A stretch of 64,000 nt of DNA. It comes from an uncultured virus (IMG/VR IMGVR_UViG_3300029268_000005) (Duplodnaviria; Heunggongvirae; Uroviricota; Caudoviricetes). Of this stretch, positions 39,017 through 48,263 are shown in pieces. Both the position numbers and the translations under genes were made by a program. Every line of letters begins with the position of its first letter. Positions within the stretch are counted from its first letter, which is position 1. Under the pieces are notes generated by a model. That model saw nothing but the letters and a program-made list of their open reading frames with translations, made no database searches and had not been told where the DNA came from. Location of the stretch: the IMG/VR virus record IMGVR_UViG_3300029268_000005; one strand, 5' to 3'.

Positions 39017-39087
39017 TACTCTGCACGGGTTCGAACCCGTATGTTCGGCGTTACAGGCCGATGTCCTGCCTATTGAACGAGCAGAGT
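39017..39087 (-). tRNA. Atypical tRNA with GTA (Tyr) anticodon, short variable loop and 6-nt T-loop
   Basis: ACTCTGC TC GTTC AATAGGCA GGAC A TCGGC CTGTAAC GCCGA ACAT ACGGG TTCGAA CCCGT GCAGAGT A. Confidence 0.7.
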
Positions 39088-39123
39088 TACCATGCGTTAC
39101 GTTCAGAACACGAACACAGGAGA

Positions 39124-39357
39124 TTACACGACGCGATTGATTCGGTGCTGGAAGGTGATCGTGGCACCCTGCACCGTGGGACCGCCTTCGCAGGCGGCGA
39201 TGTCGAACGTGACCTGTGCCCCGTTGCCGTTGAGCACTTCCTTGCCTGCGTGATCAGCGGCCAGCTTCACGAGCGCCGTCTTGATGTCCGCAGCGTCCAA
39301 CGTCACCACCACCGTTGCCTTAGCCCTAGTAAACACTCCTTGAAAAAGATGAAACAA
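39124..39357 (-). CDS. Small hypothetical protein
   Basis: Strong GC3 codon bias; SD-like AAGGAG near 39340. Confidence 0.55.
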   Translation of the reverse strand: MFHLFQGVFTRAKATVVVTLDAADIKTALVKLAADHAGKEVLNGNGAQVTFDIAACEGGPTVQGATITFQHRINRVV

Positions 39358-39375
39358 CGGAAACGGGAAAACACA

Positions 39376-40755
39376 TCAATCCAACGTTTGGATCTTATCG
39401 CCGGTCCAACGCAGATCATTAACTTCGTGCTCTTCAGCCGTCGGACCTCGACCGAATACGACACACGGAACACCCAGCCTGTCTGCAATCAATTTAGGCA
39501 AGTCGCTAACATGGACGACTGCCAGGTGTGGTTCTTGCATAGCTACTTCCTCGCACAACGCCGACAACCGTACGAGGTTACCATCACGATGTAGATGAAC
39601 CTTACCCGGCTGTCTGTACTGGTAGCACACCGACGTGGTATCAGTACGAAATTGATCCAGGCAATTGACGGCGACACCGTGCAACTGTCCGTCGAGAATC
39701 CATTTGGAGTAACGTAGCAGTGGCAAGTCCAGCCAGCCGCAACGTAACTTACCTTGCCACGGATTCTCGACATTGCAAGGATCACTTATGCTGTCACTAA
39801 GCTCTGCACTGTAAGATGGCAAAGGCCCATCGCCGTGTCGGGTTGTGTAACATCTTGTCACACCGATTACAGAATATAGCGTGCCAGGCTTCATTGCTAT
39901 CATCGAAAGTGCCCTGGCAGGCGTAACGTCCGACCACGTCGTATGCGGATGAAAGCCATAACGCTCATCCAGCAACAGTCCCTGAGAACCCTCGAATATG
40001 ACGGTGCTACAATTTGGAAGACCGGGCTGTTGTCTTAGCTTGCATGCTATCGGCCACAGACGATGCAATACGGCATCGGCAGGTTCATCCAATTGCTCAC
40101 GCCATTCCCGCACAGGCGTCGGAAGACTTCCGGTTGCGGGCAGCACCTGCCTGGCCAACTCCAGACATCTGAGTCGTATGCCTTCAATTGACGTCAACAG
40201 CCAGTCTCGATTTTTCGGCCGATCAAACTGTGTCAGACACAGTTTAAGACCGTCGAGCTCAAGTCTTCTGGCTTCGCCGACGCCCATCCCACATGATCCG
40301 TGACGGACTGCTCGTCGTGATTCGATAATTCGATTCAGCGACCTGTGGTATGGCAGTATGATGCCACAATTCGGGTCGACAGACAGCATGCTGAACGGGT
40401 CTGCGATTTTGAGGGATTCGAGATGCCTAGCCTCCTCCTGCATAGCGCCCAGGTCCAGCCACATGCCGCTAGCCAGGTGCGTGTGGATGCCGTCCAACGT
40501 GCACGAACCAAACTGTGAGAAGACATGTGAGCTACCGTCGCTGAGTTGTACTCGATGCCCTGCCTGAGGACCACCGCTGAAGCGCACAACAAGATCAGCT
40601 CCGATCCTACGGCCTATCGACTGAGTGACAACGCCTTTTCCCTCATCACCAAAGCCCAGGCCAATAACGACTACAGCACGCAACATAATGTTATCCTTGT
40701 TAAGGCGCATAGAAGAAACGAGCTGGTCCGCCCTGCGTAGAACGGACCAGCTCAT
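39376..40755 (-). CDS. purA: Adenylosuccinate synthetase-like protein (divergent PurA paralog)
   Basis: GLGFGDEGKG, RFSGGPQAGH, HGSCGMGVGE, FEGSQGLLLD, TRHGDGP. Confidence 0.85.
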   Translation of the reverse strand: MSWSVLRRADQLVSSMRLNKDNIMLRAVVVIGLGFGDEGKGVVTQSIGRRIGADLVVRFSGGPQAGHRVQLSDGSSHVFSQFGSCTLDGIHTHLASGMWLDLGAMQEEARHLESLKIADPFSMLSVDPNCGIILPYHRSLNRIIESRRAVRHGSCGMGVGEARRLELDGLKLCLTQFDRPKNRDWLLTSIEGIRLRCLELARQVLPATGSLPTPVREWREQLDEPADAVLHRLWPIACKLRQQPGLPNCSTVIFEGSQGLLLDERYGFHPHTTWSDVTPARALSMIAMKPGTLYSVIGVTRCYTTRHGDGPLPSYSAELSDSISDPCNVENPWQGKLRCGWLDLPLLRYSKWILDGQLHGVAVNCLDQFRTDTTSVCYQYRQPGKVHLHRDGNLVRLSALCEEVAMQEPHLAVVHVSDLPKLIADRLGVPCVVFGRGPTAEEHEVNDLRWTGDKIQTLD

Positions 40756-40774
40756 ATTACGACAGACTGCCTAT

Positions 40775-42106
40775 CTACACCGGTGGCGTTGCCACAGCGT
40801 ACAGCTGCTGTAGCGACAAACCAGGATACGCCGACGGGAACGACGGCGGATCAATCAGATGCGTATGACCAGGCAGCGTCAAAGCGTGTGGCGGCGGCGG
40901 TTCCTGACCATAGTAGTTCAGGTACATGACCCTGTGCACGTGCGACAGGAACAATTTGCCAACCCACCGCATGGCTCGGCGGTTGATATGTCCCAGAGGC
41001 AACATGCACGGCCCGCAACCGGGCGTACCAACCTCCAACGTAGGTTCGGTTATGCCGCTAGCCACGTCAGCACGGTACTTAGCGGCAGCCTCCAAGCTGA
41101 CGCATCCCGTGTACCACTTGTAGGCGTCCGTGCTCACACCATAATCCTTATCACGCAGCTGTTTGGCAGCTTCAGCTACGTACCTTCCGGCAAGGTTGTT
41201 CGCCCACTCGTATTCCTTACGAGAGTAGTAGAACTTGCCGTAGAAGTCCGAATCCCGATGCGCGTTCTTGATGAAGCTCGGGACAGCCTTGCCGAGGACC
41301 AGCGTCTTGGCAAAGAGGCTGTAGGGCCTCAACGAAAAGACGCTGATGAGGTGCTCCTTCGTCAGCTTCTTCGGATACTTTCCGCCGCGCTGCCAGGCGA
41401 TCAATCGACGGATGTTCTCTTCCTTGCGATTGGTTTGCCTGCACAGCTCAGTGAGCACCGCATCCTTATCGCCGCCGACAGCCTCGATAACGTTGGTCAC
41501 AAGCTTAGTGGCTTTGACCTTACCGAGATGAACGACATTCGGATTGCAACCGGCAAATGTGTAGAAGTTTCCACACGTCGGCGCACATCGAACATCGAAC
41601 GTAGCCAAGGTTCCGGCAGCGATCTTGGGGCCGATTCCGGTCCAGCTCATGAGACAACGACTGACAGTGTACTGCTTGGCGAACTCATGCAGCACATGTG
41701 TCAGGTCGTTCTCCATTCGCTTCAAGTTGTCGTGGTACCACGAGTGTGGTGCCGACGGCCGATCAGTCTTCTTGTACTGATTGATCTGATGGCCGATGCC
41801 AACGCGCATCTTCTGGTGGCCGTAAAGCCAGCGAACCAGACTCTGCGCCTGAAAGTGAGGCAGCAGTCGTCCAAAAGATCGCATCTGCTTGGACAACTTT
41901 TGCATCAGCTCGACATCGGCCGACATCTCGTCTTCAACGAAGAACTGTGTCGGATCTTCCGCCGCCAGTGCGTCGTTGACCGGCGGAACAGGCTCAGCTG
42001 CTTTTTCGACGGAAGCGTTCACAGCGGATTGCAAGGCCTCAGAGATGGTGTCGGTCTCTACCAACTTGGCCGGAATGACTTTTTGCATTTTCGCTTTGCG
42101 TGCCAT
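40775..42106 (-). CDS. IS110/IS116 C-terminal (Nop-like) domain protein without a recognisable N-terminal RuvC
   Basis: LMSWTGIGPKIAAG (HhH), FYTFAGCNP, YGKFYYSRK, HINRRAMR...KLFLSH. Confidence 0.7.
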   Translation of the reverse strand: MARKAKMQKVIPAKLVETDTISEALQSAVNASVEKAAEPVPPVNDALAAEDPTQFFVEDEMSADVELMQKLSKQMRSFGRLLPHFQAQSLVRWLYGHQKMRVGIGHQINQYKKTDRPSAPHSWYHDNLKRMENDLTHVLHEFAKQYTVSRCLMSWTGIGPKIAAGTLATFDVRCAPTCGNFYTFAGCNPNVVHLGKVKATKLVTNVIEAVGGDKDAVLTELCRQTNRKEENIRRLIAWQRGGKYPKKLTKEHLISVFSLRPYSLFAKTLVLGKAVPSFIKNAHRDSDFYGKFYYSRKEYEWANNLAGRYVAEAAKQLRDKDYGVSTDAYKWYTGCVSLEAAAKYRADVASGITEPTLEVGTPGCGPCMLPLGHINRRAMRWVGKLFLSHVHRVMYLNYYGQEPPPPHALTLPGHTHLIDPPSFPSAYPGLSLQQLYAVATPPV

Positions 42107-42145
42107 GATGTTGTCTGTCCTTTGGTTTTGGCTTCCTAGTTGATG

Positions 42146-43159
42146 CTACAAACGCACAACACCTGAGCCGCCCAAGTTGGCGACCGGTAGACCTACTGCA
42201 GTGCCGGTGACAGGTCGACTGACCGGTACTAGTGCTTTCGATACGCCTTGTGCACGATTCTGTGTCAATCCACTGTCAGCCAGGTAGTCCACGACGGACG
42301 ACGTATCGAGCTGACCTTCGGCGACACTGATCTGCATGGCAATGACTTCCGACACGTTCTGTACATCTTCAAGACGGATCACTTGCTCACCTAGCAAGGC
42401 CCGCCAACGGTTCTCCAACCACGCCTCACGATAGTAGCTGGTGAGGTTTGGAATGATGAACCACACGTCGTACTGCTTCTTGGCCTCAGCGACAATCTCT
42501 TCGACAGAGATGTTGGCCTCCAGCGTTTCGCCCATAACCTCTTGCACGACACGACGATCAACCTCGGGCCAAGGCATTTCGTCGCCAATCAGGAACATGT
42601 AGCCGCGCTTGTCGCGCTTCTCAAAGCAGTCGATGGAGGTGTGACGGGCCATGAAGTACAACGCAAGTTCGTAGTCCTCCATGCGTTGTCCCCAACCGCC
42701 ACCTTCCAACCAGATGTTGGTGAGGTCGCCTTCCATCTCGACGCCCGACTCGAACTGACCAACCTGCAGTGGTGCCTTGTCACCGCCGAACATGTTGGGA
42801 TCGATACTGCTGTGGATGTCACCGATAGCGCCGAACATCACTTGCGGGTGAGGTACAAAGCCCTTGCGCATGAGCAGGCCCATCAGCGATGGCAGGCTCT
42901 TTTGCAACAGACTGGGCACAGTTCCCATGGAACCGGTGACGTCGAAGAAGACCGAGATAGCCAGAGACTCGGGATGCGCAACCGAGTCCCTCGACTCGCG
43001 AAGGTTGACGCCTCGCGGGTCCAAGTTCTGATGCACCTTCTGCAAGCTTGGCGGGGCCGACTGCATCACAGCCGAATACGCAAATGTCGGCTGGCCGGTA
43101 GCCTTACGGGTTGCTTGCACATTGGCGTAGTGCATATCACTCCAGTTTGAGCCACCCAT
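42146..43159 (-). CDS. von Willebrand factor A (vWA) domain protein
   Basis: MIDAS-like FFDVTGSM; LQVGQFES; EGGG; FLIGDE. Confidence 0.85.
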   Translation of the reverse strand: MGGSNWSDMHYANVQATRKATGQPTFAYSAVMQSAPPSLQKVHQNLDPRGVNLRESRDSVAHPESLAISVFFDVTGSMGTVPSLLQKSLPSLMGLLMRKGFVPHPQVMFGAIGDIHSSIDPNMFGGDKAPLQVGQFESGVEMEGDLTNIWLEGGGWGQRMEDYELALYFMARHTSIDCFEKRDKRGYMFLIGDEMPWPEVDRRVVQEVMGETLEANISVEEIVAEAKKQYDVWFIIPNLTSYYREAWLENRWRALLGEQVIRLEDVQNVSEVIAMQISVAEGQLDTSSVVDYLADSGLTQNRAQGVSKALVPVSRPVTGTAVGLPVANLGGSGVVRL

Positions 43160-43216
43160 TGTATAACTCCTGTGTTGCGGATAGTAGAAACAACCGACGT
43201 GCAGCTACAAACGCCA

Positions 43217-43579
43217 CTAGAGCACGAGCATGGCCCGAACGATAGCGCCGAACAGGATGTCCTTGCGACGCTGCTCCACAGGCAGTTCTTCGTACGGCAT
43301 CATGCACGGATGCGTCTTCTTCTCGCTGTCCTTCACTGTACCGTGAACCCAGCCATCGGCTGTCTTAAATGCCAGCCACGATTCGTGAGCGGCGCTGGGG
43401 GGCGCGGCAGGATTGTTGATGATGAACGACACGCCGTTCACAGCACTCTGCTGAATATTGGCCGGAGCCTCATCCCACGAAACTTGGCTGTTATCGCCAA
43501 GCGTGTGGCAGTAGGCGCGATTGGCCTCGTGGCAGATCCTGGCAATAGCCGCAACCGGAACACCTTCAATACGACCCAT
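43217..43579 (-). CDS. RyR (ryanodine receptor repeat) domain protein
   Basis: HESW...K.ADGWVHG..KD..KKTHPCM.PY.ELP..Q..KD. Confidence 0.85.
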   Translation of the reverse strand: MGRIEGVPVAAIARICHEANRAYCHTLGDNSQVSWDEAPANIQQSAVNGVSFIINNPAAPPSAAHESWLAFKTADGWVHGTVKDSEKKTHPCMMPYEELPVEQRRKDILFGAIVRAMLVL

Positions 43580-43613
43580 AACTCACTCTCCTGTAGAAAA
43601 GGGAAACGAAAAT

Positions 43614-43955
43614 TCACACAGAGCCGCCAACTACCTCATCTGCAATATTCCTTCTCGATCTAGTCTGTCTGGCAGTTACAACACGACAAATCACACCGTC
43701 TGTCAGTGAGTTAGCCAATATGTGTCTATGGCCGTCCAATAGCCGTAGACCTTGTTCCGTTATGACTCGTAGATGCGCCGTGAGATCGGGTAGGTTATCA
43801 AACATCCTGCAAGTCGGAGTCCTACGCACGAATACATCGTAGCCATCGCGCACAACCATAGCACCCTTAGGTGTTAGTTTTCCTTGCTCATAACGTTTTA
43901 TGATTGGTGGGCGTATTAGACTTCTCTGTTCGACAACCCATATTGAAGAGCTCAT
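43614..43955 (-). CDS. Hypothetical protein
   Basis: ORF. Confidence 0.45.
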   Translation of the reverse strand: MSSSIWVVEQRSLIRPPIIKRYEQGKLTPKGAMVVRDGYDVFVRRTPTCRMFDNLPDLTAHLRVITEQGLRLLDGHRHILANSLTDGVICRVVTARQTRSRRNIADEVVGGSV

Positions 43956-43958
43956 GGC

Positions 43959-44996
43959 TTACATCTCCAACGCCAGATACTTTTTGGGCCCGAACACAGA
44001 TTCGAGCACTGTGTAGTACTCGTCACATAAGGCCCAGGCTGATTGAGGACGCATGGCTGGTTGAGTGAACAGGCAGCTCATCCAGAATCTGATAAGCGTC
44101 GGCGGCACCTGAGATCCAAAAGATATCGGTGGCTTACCGTCCCAGCCCGATAACCAAGCAATGGTGGCGATGGCTAGATATATGTCTAGCGCCGGACTCG
44201 CAGGCTGAGCCAGAGATAACTCTGGCAACGGATACCAGGGTTTGAAGGCAGCAGGCACAGTGACTAGAGGCTTACCTATAGACACCGAATGCGTCCAACC
44301 CAGCAAGATAGCGCCATGATTCTCTGCATGGAACATGATGTGCGGCGGCAATACAGCGCCGTGTGCCAAGCCCTGTTTGTGCACATAGCCTAACCCCTGC
44401 AATAGACGACCACACATCCAAGCCAAATGTCTGGCGTCAAGCACAGGGTGTTTGTCCTTGATAGCCGCTGCCGAATAGAATCCGTCGCGAGCTTTGAAGA
44501 CACTGACGCGACGCTGCACATTGTTATCGTCCTTGATGAGAAAATCGGCCACCGGCTGCGGAAAGCACTGCAGATAGAAGCCAGATGCGTTCTCAGCCAG
44601 CAAGGACTTAATGGTCTGCATCTCCTGCTGCAGCATGTCGTTGCCGTCCTTTGTCACCGACATTTTGACGACAACAGGAATGGTGCTGCCGTCTGCCTGC
44701 GAGCAATCTGCTGCATACACGTCAGAAACATCACCACGCCCGAGTCTTGTCTTCAACGTGTAGGTAGCGCCTTTGGCGCGAAGGACTGGTTCTGGTTCAC
44801 CGGCACTCAGTTGTTGCCAGTATGCTTGCAGTATCGTAAAGATACGTGTTGCATATTCCTTATCCTGCTCTTCCTGAAACCGGTCAGGATGGCAAAGCAG
44901 GCTGAATTCGCGATAGGTCTTATCTGGTTGATCACCAAATAAGACCTTGGCGCTAACAGCGCTGTTCAGTAGTGCCTCTAGTTCTAATATTGTCAT
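43959..44996 (-). CDS. J-domain-like (HPD) + Ser/Thr kinase-like fusion, probably a pseudokinase
   Basis: YREFSLLCHPDRF; LGRGDVSDVY; VVVK; HGAVLPPHI lacks the HRD Asp. Confidence 0.75.
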   Translation of the reverse strand: MTILELEALLNSAVSAKVLFGDQPDKTYREFSLLCHPDRFQEEQDKEYATRIFTILQAYWQQLSAGEPEPVLRAKGATYTLKTRLGRGDVSDVYAADCSQADGSTIPVVVKMSVTKDGNDMLQQEMQTIKSLLAENASGFYLQCFPQPVADFLIKDDNNVQRRVSVFKARDGFYSAAAIKDKHPVLDARHLAWMCGRLLQGLGYVHKQGLAHGAVLPPHIMFHAENHGAILLGWTHSVSIGKPLVTVPAAFKPWYPLPELSLAQPASPALDIYLAIATIAWLSGWDGKPPISFGSQVPPTLIRFWMSCLFTQPAMRPQSAWALCDEYYTVLESVFGPKKYLALEM

Positions 44997-45003
44997 TCCT
45001 TGC

Positions 45004-45522
45004 TCAATTGGCAGAAAAGGGTTGGACTGATTTAACGGAAAAGCTTGTGTTGTCGTCTAGGCCAGCGCACAGCAGCTTGCCAAACGCATTAGCCAGTTCT
45101 GTACCCTGGACATGGCCGGTGCCACAGATGAAGACACCGTAGGGTCTGTTACGGAAATTAGCTTCGATATCGACTGGCTCTGTTGTGGCTTCGGACAACA
45201 TCATCGATACCTTGTCCATTGGGCAACGCTCTCTGTTCAAAACCACCAACAGAGCGAGAGGCGGGTTCAATTCTACGTCCAGCTGTTCTTGCGACAGGCG
45301 AATAACCTGCATGAATGGACGACCTGCCTCGTCGTACAAGTCTGTGTCATCAGGGAACAACTCAGACTCGACCTCAATCATCTTGCGCACAGCCTTGACG
45401 TTATGCAAAAGCATACAGTACAAGGTCTGGTCACATACGAGTTGCAAAACATGCTCCCGCAAGACATCAATGTCGTTACAGGAGACGCAACGAACAACAC
45501 CACTGAGTTCGAACCAGCGCAT
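45004..45522 (-). CDS. Hypothetical protein
   Basis: ORF tiling. Confidence 0.55.
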   Translation of the reverse strand: MRWFELSGVVRCVSCNDIDVLREHVLQLVCDQTLYCMLLHNVKAVRKMIEVESELFPDDTDLYDEAGRPFMQVIRLSQEQLDVELNPPLALLVVLNRERCPMDKVSMMLSEATTEPVDIEANFRNRPYGVFICGTGHVQGTELANAFGKLLCAGLDDNTSFSVKSVQPFSAN

Positions 45523-46409
45523 TACTTAGTCCCCATATCGAACAAGACCTTGCGAAGGTAGTCTGTATAGCTGCAACGACGAGTGCTTATTAGGCTCTGA
45601 ATGGCCTGCTTGTTAATCCAGCCCAGTCTGAAGGCTATCTCCTCAACACAACCAATCAATAGCCCTTGGCGTTGCTGCACTGTTTGTACGAACGTACTTG
45701 CTTGTAGCAGTGCATCCGCTGTGCCTGTATCGAACCACGCCGAACCTCGGCCAAGTGGCTCAACTCGCAATGCTCCGTCATGCATGTAGGACTTGTTAAG
45801 GTCTGTGATCTCTAGCTCATTACGTGCCGATGGTACAAGCTTTTCGGCACGCGATGTTGCAGTGTTGTCGTAGAAATACAAACCCGTCACTGCCAAAAAC
45901 GACTTCGGTAAGATGGGCTTTTCTTCAATAGAGATCGGCCAGCCCTTAGCATCTAACTCGACAACTCCGTAGCGTTGCGGGTCTTGCACTGGTTGTGACA
46001 AAACCACAGCGCCGTCTACGCAGAATGCGATGTTACGTAGACGACGCTGTAGCCCTTGCCCGTAAAAGATGTTGTCGCCAAGTATCAACGCAACGCGGCT
46101 GTTGTTGATGAACTCCTTGCCGATGATCAACGCCTGCGCAATTCCAGCTGGCTGCGCTTGTACTGCGTAGCTGATGTTGAGGCCAAACTGAGCGCCAGTA
46201 TCCAACAGTAGTTGAAAGGAAACGCTATCACGAGGTGTGCTGATAATCAGGATGTCCCGTATGCCGGCCAACATCAAGGTAGACAGCGGATAGTAGATGA
46301 GCGGCTTGTCGTACACTGGCAACAACTGCTTGCTCACCACCTCTGTCATAGGCCACAGTCGCGTCCCTGCTCCGCCCGCCAGAATGATGCCCTTTGTTGT
46401 CATTGCCAC
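45522..46409 (-). CDS. rmlA: Glucose-1-phosphate thymidylyltransferase
   Basis: GIILAGGAGTRLWP..SKQLLPVYDKP, LILGDNIFYG, EEKP, RNELEITD, WFDTGT. Confidence 0.96.
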   Translation of the reverse strand: MAMTTKGIILAGGAGTRLWPMTEVVSKQLLPVYDKPLIYYPLSTLMLAGIRDILIISTPRDSVSFQLLLDTGAQFGLNISYAVQAQPAGIAQALIIGKEFINNSRVALILGDNIFYGQGLQRRLRNIAFCVDGAVVLSQPVQDPQRYGVVELDAKGWPISIEEKPILPKSFLAVTGLYFYDNTATSRAEKLVPSARNELEITDLNKSYMHDGALRVEPLGRGSAWFDTGTADALLQASTFVQTVQQRQGLLIGCVEEIAFRLGWINKQAIQSLISTRRCSYTDYLRKVLFDMGTK

Positions 46410-46420
46410 TGTTTTGCTCC

Positions 46421-47494
46421 CTACGTTGAAGTACTAAGCCCTAATCTACGTCCGTCGTACTGCTGTCTGGCAGCTTTCACCCAGTCCTTATTGTCCGCAT
46501 ACCACTCCAGGGTTGTTATGAGGCCGATGCCGTGCGGTATGCTGTTGTTCCATCCTAGCTCGTACATTGCAGCACTGTTCATCGAGTATTCAAAGTCGTG
46601 ACCGGGTCTGTCCTCCACAAAGGTAAGCAGATTCTTGTGCGGAGTTCCGAACCAGTCGCGCCTATCTAGCAGCTTGCATATGTCATTAAGCAAGCTGTAA
46701 TTTGTCCTGTTGTACTGTGCGCCGATGTTGTAGTGTGTGCCTGGAACACCTTTCTCCAGCAATAGCTGTAATGCTGTGCAGTGGTCATAGACATGCAGCC
46801 ATTCGCGTCGTTGTAGGCCGGAGCCGTACACAGGTATTTTCTTGTTCTCCAGGCCATTACAAATCGCCATCGGTATCAGCTTCTCCGGAAACTGATACGG
46901 GCCATAAGTATTGGCTCCGTGCGTAACGATTGTCGGCAGCCCGTACGTCTTGAAAAAGGCATCTGCCAGATGATCACCAGCAGCCTTAGAGGCCGAGTAT
47001 GGCGATCCCGTGTGGTAGATGTCTCGTGACTCCGCTGGTGGCAAGGTATACCTGCTACCAAAGACCTCGTCTGTAGATACCTGAACAAACCTGAACTCAG
47101 GCAGTTCCTTACTGTATCGTTGCCAGTACCGTTTGACCTCCGTCAGCAGAGCTGCCAGATCAACAACGTTTGTTTCGATAAACGGCGACATGTCATCAAT
47201 CGATCTGTCGACATGCGTCTCTGCTGCAAAGTTGATGACAGCCGTTGGCCTATAGGTGTCAAAGATCGTTTCTACTAACGTCTGCTTACCGATAGTGCCC
47301 TTTACAACGTGCAGTCTAGCGTCTGCACTAAGCCGTTGCACCGTGATCGGATTACAGGCATAGGTCATTGCGTCTAACACAACGACTCTGTGCGAGTCGT
47401 CGTGACGACTCAACCAGTACTGGATGAAGTTCGAGCCTATGAAGCCCAAGCCTCCAGTCACGAATAGCGTTTTGGCTTTACTAGGTTCGGACAT
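46421..47494 (-). CDS. rmlB: dTDP-glucose 4,6-dehydratase
   Basis: VTGGLGFIGSN, FAAETHVDRSI, VSTDEV, PYSASKA, YQFPEKLIP, DRPGHD. Confidence 0.96.
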   Translation of the reverse strand: MSEPSKAKTLFVTGGLGFIGSNFIQYWLSRHDDSHRVVVLDAMTYACNPITVQRLSADARLHVVKGTIGKQTLVETIFDTYRPTAVINFAAETHVDRSIDDMSPFIETNVVDLAALLTEVKRYWQRYSKELPEFRFVQVSTDEVFGSRYTLPPAESRDIYHTGSPYSASKAAGDHLADAFFKTYGLPTIVTHGANTYGPYQFPEKLIPMAICNGLENKKIPVYGSGLQRREWLHVYDHCTALQLLLEKGVPGTHYNIGAQYNRTNYSLLNDICKLLDRRDWFGTPHKNLLTFVEDRPGHDFEYSMNSAAMYELGWNNSIPHGIGLITTLEWYADNKDWVKAARQQYDGRRLGLSTST

Positions 47495-47495
47495 G

Positions 47496-47511
47496 TAATT
47501 AGCGCTAATTA
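47496..47511. repeat. Palindrome copy 4
   Basis: TAATTAGCGCTAATTA between the upstream stop codon and the rmlB ATG. Confidence 0.9.
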
Positions 47512-48171
47512 CGTTTTGTATTGGACGTGGTTATCTGACGGCAACAGATCGGCCAGTTCTTCTGCGCACTGGTCAAGCCACAGATCCTCAGGCGTTTCGG
47601 GTTCGATTGACAATCGACCCTGTTCGAAGTGGTCATCGTCGTTACGCTGTATAGCCATCGCTACAGCTTCCTCGACCTCATCAGCCGAGAACATATAGAA
47701 CAGCCAGTCGATTTGCTCTTCTATTGTCATAGCGCTTAGGCTGTCAACAAACTGCTGACAAAGTTCATCAGCTGCCAGATCGATGTCATCCTGGCAGACG
47801 CCAAGTCTGATCATCTCGGCGATCATCGTGTTTCGGATGTTTGTGTTTTCATCATCCGTAACGTCAGGAGACTGCTCCTCGTCCTCGATGACATCTTCGT
47901 CCTCGACAACGACATCTCCGGACACTGCAGACGGCATAGTCAGACGCGAGGCCAAATCTTGTGCGTATTTGGCCAACCAGCCGTTTGTGAAGACAGTTGG
48001 TGCCTCGGCTGTTTCTGAGGCCTCGGTCATCACCAGCTGCTCAACACGACCAGCTGGAAGCCAATCACGCATAAGAGCGTACAAGAACATAACCAACGGA
48101 CGTTTGTCTTTGACGGAACCCGACCGAGAACGCAGCGCAGACAGCTCGACTTGTACCTGCTTAGAATCCAT
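47509..48171 (-). CDS. Acidic hypothetical protein (220 aa)
   Basis: ORF tiling. Confidence 0.65.
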   Translation of the reverse strand: MDSKQVQVELSALRSRSGSVKDKRPLVMFLYALMRDWLPAGRVEQLVMTEASETAEAPTVFTNGWLAKYAQDLASRLTMPSAVSGDVVVEDEDVIEDEEQSPDVTDDENTNIRNTMIAEMIRLGVCQDDIDLAADELCQQFVDSLSAMTIEEQIDWLFYMFSADEVEEAVAMAIQRNDDDHFEQGRLSIEPETPEDLWLDQCAEELADLLPSDNHVQYKT

Positions 48172-48200
48172 ATCAATTCCTTCTGTGCAATAGTTGATAG

Positions 48201-48244
48201 AAAAACCAAGGGCCGCAGCTCATTGATAGAACTGCGGCCCTTGG
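48201..48244 (-). terminator. Rho-independent terminator closing the ubiquitin-like operon
   Basis: CCAAGGGCCGCAG...CTGCGGCCCTTGG followed by T5 on the minus strand. Confidence 0.8.
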
Positions 48245-48263
48245 ATACACGCCGTAACAGCTA

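Noticed and set aside
39376..40755. PurZ (2-aminoadenine DNA pathway)
   Set aside because: It keeps the PurA catalytic Asp (GDEGKG) rather than the PurZ Ser, and no clear datZ/mazZ neighbours were seen
40859..42139. Long plus-strand ORF (426 aa) and other plus-strand ORFs (e.g. 17489-18364, 11678-12490, 50720-51472)
   Set aside because: They are antisense shadows of well-supported minus-strand genes and have no motifs
40756..42145. Active IS110 element or adjacent TIGR/CRISPR array
   Set aside because: No RuvC domain, no non-coding flanks, and no repeat-spacer array seen anywhere in the window
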